15,090 nt of DNA. Origin: Octopus sinensis (lineage: Eukaryota). Both the position numbers and the translations under genes were made by a program. The stretch is from positions 1 through 15,090 of the forward strand of contig NW_021825606.1 of NCBI RefSeq assembly GCF_006345805.1. The letters run 5' to 3'. Position 1 is the first letter of the stretch; each line of letters begins with the position of its first letter. Shown here one piece after another: positions 8,971-15,090 of this stretch. Below the pieces are notes generated by a model. The model was not told where the DNA came from, ran no database searches, and worked only from the letters and a program-made list of their open reading frames with translations.

Positions 8971-9018
8971 TAATTATGAGTTATTAGAAGATAATTATGA
9001 GTTATTAGAAGATAATTA
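8971..9018. repeat. 21-bp tandem duplication (taattatgagttattagaaga x2.3)
   Basis: Exact copies at 8971-8991 and 8992-9012. Confidence 0.85.
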
Positions 9019-9750
9019 AATACAACAGTACTTACAAGGACATCAGTGTCATCTTTGGTAAAGTATTAAAATTAGTAGAATATTTTAAAGGAGTAAAATT
9101 ATATGTCACTAGTTTGAGAGACTTTAACACACAATTCCATGTTGTTATGTTTGTAATTGGAGGTATTAAGGCTAATAGAGACAGTTTTGTTTGTCAAGCA
9201 ACCAGATCATGAAACCTTCAAATATATCCTGAATGAGATGACATTCTGGTGAACTGTGAAGTTAAAATTAGGGATTATCAGCAACAATGTTTAACAAAGA
9301 GATTAGGTGTATGTTTCTCCTTCTTGAAGTGGTTGTGACATGTGTTTGTTGTTATATCTTTGATGAATAAATATGTTGACACTGGAATCAAACAGGTTGT
9401 TAGTGAAGATTAGATTTAGGGTTATAGATATAAGCAAGGAAACCAAAGCCTACAGATAAACTGTTATTAAGTGATAATTAAATGATATAATTACAGCATT
9501 GTTAGATTATGTAGGATATCTTAACAGAGAGAGGAAATTTACAAAGATCAACTAGAGTTCGTTTTGGAGCTAAATATTGGCTATTACATGGGCCCACTGT
9601 TGAAAGTATAAAAGTATTGACCAAAACAATTATGATCGCTGGTTGGCCATTGATGGTATGAATGTCTCTCAATAATAAAATATAGATTATTAATAAATAT
9701 AAAGGGATTGTGCTATAAATAAATATAAAACTTGGAAATACATATTTCAG

Positions 9751-9830
9751 AGAGTCCAAAGTTTGAAGAGAAGGGAGTGCAGACTGTGGCAGAGACAGTT
9801 GATGAGTTTAAAATTAGAGATCTTAATTAA
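9751..9830 (+). CDS. Short exon after the RING, (E)SPKFEEKGVQTVAETV; either ends at 9801 (ATGAGT in place of a donor) or reads through DEFKIRDLN to TAA at 9828-9830
   Basis: TTTCAG acceptor (9745-9750). Phase 1 fits the RING exon and gives an open frame. Homologous with its flanking intron to the exons at 11777 and 14254. Confidence 0.7.
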
Positions 9831-10796
9831 TTTCTATAGATTTTACATTCACCTCAAGTATTTTGCGTATTAGAATGGTGGAGAACAAATCCCATTTCTA
9901 ATTTCCATTTGAAAGGTTAGCTCTAAAGTAATTGTATTAAAAATATTACTGAAATTTCATAAAGTCATGGTTAACATGTTTGGTAAAATGGATAAATTAA
10001 AAGCCACAATAGAGTTAATATTGTCTTCTGGAAGAGGGAACTATAATTTATTTTTTAGGTGTAAACTCGTGAGTTAATAAGATAGTTGTTTGTTTTTCTA
10101 CTAAGATCTTTCGTAAGTTTTCTGATAGGTTATTCTTGATGTTGTTATGTAGCCAGATGTCTGTCGTAATATTTTGTATTTTCTGGGGTTGTGTACCCTG
10201 AATGTCTCTGGTTAGAATACATTTTGTAGTTGCAAATTAGAAAATTCTAATTAAATGTTAACTCTGTATAAGAATATTCATCATGAACTTAATTTTATTA
10301 AATGTTAAATTTAGTATTCAACCGTGAACATCTGTTTATATTTAATATATATTGGTGCTTATACAAAATATACGATCATAAATTGAATATGACTTGAATA
10401 CACAAATCCTTGTTTGTAACTATATATAATATACACTTATTACATTGTTTGAACAACATTTACCATCCATATAGTCATTCTTTTTCTCACTCTTGTTAGA
10501 TTTTAGATGATATTAATGCTAAAAGAGGCACAGTTTTCTGAGTGTTTCACCCTTTGGTCTTGATTGTTGCGTTCAAATTATTTAATGAAAGATAGTCATT
10601 GTTATTTGACCAGGAAATGAATTAATGATTAGTATTTGGCAGTGGACTTGGTTATATCTTTCTTCGTTTGCTCATGGAACTACCATAATATTAGCTGTGC
10701 TGAGACACAATCATATTCATAGTAATGAAGGTTATATGTTCTTTACTCAGATTATATACAATCTATATTGATATCTAGTATTGCACTGTCAAGCAC

Positions 10797-11393
10797 AGTG
10801 CCATTGTATCACATATATACCCAATTATCATGATAATTAATAAGCTATAATTCATTAACTCTCTTACATTTGTATGTCTGAAATGTAAACATATTTTGCC
10901 ATAGGAACTTCCTGTACCCTCACCTAACATTTTATATCTTGTTAGGGATCATGGTGGGGAAAGAGTGTATGGTTTCAAGGTTGTTGGGGATGGTTTTTAG
11001 GGGACAGATTGTGTTCAGGGTGGAAGGTATGCACATAAAGGACATGTCTTTATGGGCGCAGTTTTACTTAATTAGAGAGGAATGTTGATTAGTGAATTCA
11101 GTACCATTGTATCACATATATACCCAATTATCATGATAATTAATAAGCTATAATTCATTAACTCTCTTACATTTGTATGTATGAAATTAAACTTTTTTTG
11201 TCATAGGAACATCGTGTACCCTCACCTTACATTTTATATTGTTAGGGATCATGTTGGAAGGGTGTATGGAATTTGCTTGTGGAGATGATTTTTAGGGGAC
11301 AGATTGTGTGCGGGGTGGAGGTATGTACATAAAGGACATGTCTTTATGACCTAAGTTTTACTTAATTAGAGAAGAATGTTGATTAGTGAATTC
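10797..11393. repeat. ~300-bp direct tandem repeat inside unit A (10797-11099, 11100-11393); single copy in unit B (13578-13878)
   Basis: Both copies run from agtg/accattgtatcacatatatacc to gttgattagtgaattc. Confidence 0.9.
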
Positions 11394-11526
11394 TAGAGAT
11401 GAGAGTACTGTGCCATGCCATAGATTTGGCAGTTATAAGAAAAGAAAGACAAAGCTAAGAGAAAACTCTTATCAAGTGTTAATTAAATGAGATAATTGCA
11501 ACATTGTTAGAATATTTAATGTGTTC

Positions 11527-11558
<32 letters not shown>

Positions 11559-11776
11559 TGGATTTAGGAATGTTAGTCTGTTTAATTGTGGACATATTGG
11601 GCTATTACATGGGACCACTGTAGAAAGTACAGAAATATTGACCAAAACCATAGTGGTCAACATTTGACCATTAACGACAGGAATTGAATGTCTCACAATA
11701 AAAAGATAGAGTTTAATAAAAATAAAGATAAAGAAAGTTTATTATTAAATGTAAAACTTGGAAATATTTATTTCAG

Positions 11777-11854
11777 GGGCTCCAAAGTTTGAAGACAGGT
11801 GTGTACAAACAGAGGCTACATGTCAGGAATTAGGGGCTGCAAATCAGGCAATAG
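11777..11854 (+). CDS. 78-nt symmetric (phase 1-1) exon, copy 1: (G)APKFEDRCVQTEATCQELGAANQAI
   Basis: TTTATTTCAG acceptor, AG|GTGAGT donor, 3n length, open in the host frame, homologous to the 9751 exon. Confidence 0.8.
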
Positions 11855-12105
11855 GTGAGTATAAAATAATAGTTCCCAATTGATTTCTGTAAGATTTTCT
11901 TCCCCCGAGTATGTTGTGCTTGAAAGAATAACTGAAACCAGCTTCCATTCCTATTTTCCAATTGAACAATTATCTGTATAATAATTGAATTAAAGATATC
12001 GATTTACTGAGAGTTTATGAAATACCCATTGAGGTTAATGCTGTTGGTAATAATGTTCAAATTAGAAGACACAATAGAGTTAATTTTGTCAATTGGTCAC
12101 AGAAC

Positions 12106-12136
<31 letters not shown>

Positions 12137-12501
12137 TTAACATCCGTTTCTTATGGCGGCATGGGTCGGACGATTTCACTGGCAAGGCAGTAGGCTGCGC
12201 CAGGCTCCAATGTGATCTGGCAAGGTTTCCACATATGTATGCCATTCCTAATGCCAACCACTCCGAGAGTGTGGTGGGTGCTTTTTACGTGCCACCGACA
12301 CAGGAGCCAGTCGGGGTGGGGGCTGGCATCGACCACGTTCGGATGGTGCTTTTTACGTGCCACCGGCACAGGGAACTAGTCAGGCGGCAGTGACAAGGAC
12401 CTATGCTTCTATGGTACTTATAACGTGCCACAGGAACAGGTGCCAGTCAGGCGGCACTGGCATCGGTCACAACTACAATTTCCATTTTGATTTCGATCTT
12501 G
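12106..12501 (-). mobile_element. SINE-like repeat with a (GAT)n tail and three internal ~68-bp repeat units
   Basis: (CAT)n-TTAACATCCGTTTC..GGACG tail on the + strand. Internal units gtgctttttacgtgccacc..cacagg..agtc start near 12278, 12347 and 12414. It resembles an abundant octopus repeat as I recall it. Confidence 0.8.
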
Positions 12502-14253
12502 AATTGCTTTTGATTTTTCATTTCTGTTATTGCCTGGTGGACTATGATGAAAACGAGGGGTTTAGGAATGATCCCTAGTGAACTCCTACTTCTATCCGGA
12601 ATTCTTCACTATACTCATTGCCGATCCTCACCTTACTACAGGGCCTCTTCAACTCTTATAATCGCTCGTCAATCCCTAGTTTCCGCATTAGCTGTAAAAA
12701 GGATTCTATTAAATATTCCACTGAAACTTCATAAAATTAAGGTTAACGTGGTTGGTAAAATGGATAAATAAGAAGACATAATAGAGTTAATGATGTCTTT
12801 TAGGACAGAGAACTAAAACATTTTGTTGTTTATTTGTAAACAGGTGAGTTAACGAGAAAGATTTTGTTTCTTTTACTACTAAGGTCTTTCCTAAGTTTTC
12901 TCATAGGTTATTGTTGTTGTTATTGTTATGTAGCCAGATGTCTGTCATGACATGTTGTTTAGGTACCTACCCTGAATGTCTCAGGTCAGAATAACTTTGT
13001 TATAAATTAAAGAAATTAAAAATCAAATCTCTAAGATTGTAAGTATAATGATCATTAACGTTGATTAAATATTAAATTTAGTATTGAACGGTGAACATGT
13101 TTACATTTAAACAAAATATTGGTGTTGACAAAAAATATAAAGATAGGAATTAAATTTGAGTTCCCTGTGTGACTTGAACTCACAAATCTTTGTTTGTAAC
13201 TATATATAATATACACTTATTACATTGTTTGAACAACATTTACCATCCATATAGTCATTCTTTTTCTCACTCTTGTTAGATTTTTAGATGATATTAATGC
13301 TAAAAGAGGCACAATTTTCTGAATGTTTCACCCTTTGGTCTTGATTGTTGCGTTCAAATTATTTAATGAAAGATAGTCATTGTTATTTGACCAGGAAATG
13401 TATTAATGATTAGTATTTGGCAGTGAACTTGGTTATATCTTTCTTCGTTTGCTCATGGAACTACCATAATATTAGCTGTGCTGAGACACAATCATATTCA
13501 TAGTAATGAAGGCTATATGTTCTTTACTCAGATTATATACAATCTATATTGATATCTAGTATTGCACCGTCAAGCACAGTGCCATTGTATCACATATATA
13601 CCCAATTTTCAAGATAAATAATTAGCTATAATTCATTAACTCTCTTACATTTGTATGTCTGAAATGTAAACTTATTTTGTCATAGGAACATCGTGTACCC
13701 TCACCTTACATTTTATATCTTGTTAGGGATCATGGTGGGGAAGGGTGTATGGAATTTGGCTTGTGGAAATGTTTTTTAGGGGACAGATTGTGTGCGGGGT
13801 GGAGGGTATACACATAAAGGACATATCTTTATGGGCTCAGTTTAACTTAATGAGAGAGGAATGTTGATTAGTGAATTCTAGAGATGAGAGGACTGTGCCA
13901 TGCCATAGGTTTGGCAGTTATAAGAAAAGAAAGACAAAGCTAAGAGGAAACTCTTATCAAGTGTTAATTAAATGAGATAATTGCAACATTGTTAGAATAT
14001 TTAATGTGTTTTTAGAGAGAGAGAGAGGGAGAGGGTGGATTTAGGAATGTTAGTCTGTTTTATTGTGGACATATTGGGCTATTACATGGGACCCCTGTAG
14101 AAAGTACAGAAATATTGACCAAAACCATAATGGTCAACATTTGACCATTAACGTCAGGAATTGAATGTCTCACAATAACAAGATAGAGTTTAATAAAAAT
14201 AAAGATGAAGAAAGTTTATTATTAAATGTAAAACTTGGAAATATTTATTTCAG

Positions 14254-14331
14254 GGGCTCCAAAGTGTGAGGACAGGTGTGTACAAACAGAGGCTACATGT
14301 CAGGAATTAGGGGCTGCATCTCAGGCAATAG
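14254..14331 (+). CDS. 78-nt symmetric exon, copy 2: (G)APKCEDRCVQTEATCQELGAASQAI
   Basis: Same splice sites as copy 1; 4 nt differences (F>C, N>S, one synonymous); frame open. Confidence 0.8.
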
Positions 14332-14582
14332 GTGAGTATAAAATAATAGTTCCCAATTGATTTCTGTAAGGTTTTCTTCCCCCGAGTATATTGTGCTTGA
14401 AAGAATAACTGAAAACAGCTTCCATTCCTATTTTCCAATTGAACGATTATCTGTATAATAATTGAATTAAAGATATCGATTTACTGTGAGTTTATGAAAT
14501 ACGCATTGAGGTTAATGCTGTTGGTAATAATGTTCAAATTAGAAGACACAATAGAATTAATTTTGTCAATTGGTCATGGAAC

Positions 14583-14975
14583 TCATCATCATCATCATCA
14601 TCATCATCATTTAACATCCGTTTCTTATGGCGGCATGGGTCGGACGATTTCACTGGCAAGGCAGTAGGCTGCGCCAGGCTCCAATGTGATCTGGCAAGGT
14701 TTCCACATATGTATGCCATTCCTAATGCCAACCACTCCGAGAGTGTGGTGGGTGCTTTTTACGTGCCACCGACACAGGAGCCAGTCGGGGTGGGGGCTGG
14801 CATCGACCACATTTGGATGGTGCTTTTTACGTGCCAGCGGCACAGGGAACTAGTCAGGCGGCAGTGACAAGGACCTATGCTTCTATGGTACTTATAACGT
14901 GACACAGGAACAGGTGCCAGTCAGGCGGCACTGGCATCGGTCACAACTACAATTTCCATTTTGATTTCGATCTTG
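14583..14975 (-). mobile_element. SINE-like repeat, duplicated copy of 12106-12501
   Basis: Near-identical sequence at the homologous position in duplication unit B. Confidence 0.8.
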
Positions 14976-15090
14976 AATTGCTTTTATTTTTCATTTCTGT
15001 TATTGCCTGGTGGACTATGATGAAAACGAGGGGTTCAGGAATGATCCTAGTGAACTCCTACTTCTATCCGGAATTCTTCACTATACTCAT

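Larger units (their letters stand above)
10411..15090. repeat. Recent tandem duplication: unit A 10411-13190, unit B 13191-end (runs off the window); older diverged paralog ~9420-10410
   Basis: Near-identical text from tgtttgtaactatatataat at 10411 and 13191 (offset 2780). The SINE copies at 12106/14583 and exons at 11777/14254 are offset 2477; the ~303 bp difference is the internal duplication in unit A. Confidence 0.95.

Noticed and set aside
10157-10210. Candidate 54-nt micro-exon and the GTGAGT donor-like site at 12844
   Set aside because: The paralog at 12938-12984 is 47 nt with a stop, and the 12804-12843 candidate is 40 nt and frame-shifting; weak support.
10946-11026. Candidate 81-nt exon (TTAG|...GAAG|GTATGC) and its paralogs at 11246-11320 and 13727-13805
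   Set aside because: The 11246 copy has a TAG in the host phase and the 13727 copy is not 3n; coding is not conserved.
12278-12450. Three ~68-bp repeats resembling a repeat-spacer array
   Set aside because: Degenerate internal SINE repeats in a eukaryotic intron; no CRISPR features.
12057-12578. Duplicated ORFs (MALGMAYICG..., MPVARKKHH...) at 12057-12578 and 14534-14843
   Set aside because: They lie within the duplicated SINE; poly-Asp comes from (GAT)n; conservation reflects recent duplication.

Overview
AT-rich animal genomic DNA. The SINE families and (CAT)n-tailed repeats resemble those I recall from octopus/coleoid cephalopod genomes; this is an inference, not a database check. The window lies inside a + strand multi-exon gene encoding a Mind-bomb (MIB2-like) ankyrin + RING E3 ligase. 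The core exons are 4038-4247, 5870-6045 and 8512-8651, and their splice phases join in frame. They are followed by three paralogous short exons (9751, 11777, 14254) generated by nested tandem duplication of about 2.5-2.8 kb exon-plus-intron units; each encodes an LC8/DYNLL-type (K/R)xVQT motif. The introns hold a head-to-head inverted Penelope-like (GIY-YIG) retroelement, a CR1-like LINE 3' end, several SINEs and many microsatellites. Two hammerhead ribozymes are readable directly from the sequence. One is a Penelope-type hammerhead with a palindromic stem III (+ strand, 3388-3511). The other is a near-canonical type I hammerhead with a GUC site (- strand, 8031-8107) that heads a short structured element with a B-box-like hairpin and a SINE/LINE-type tail, a candidate retrozyme or ribozyme-SINE. 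Most ORFs in the supplied track are microsatellite or repeat artefacts.
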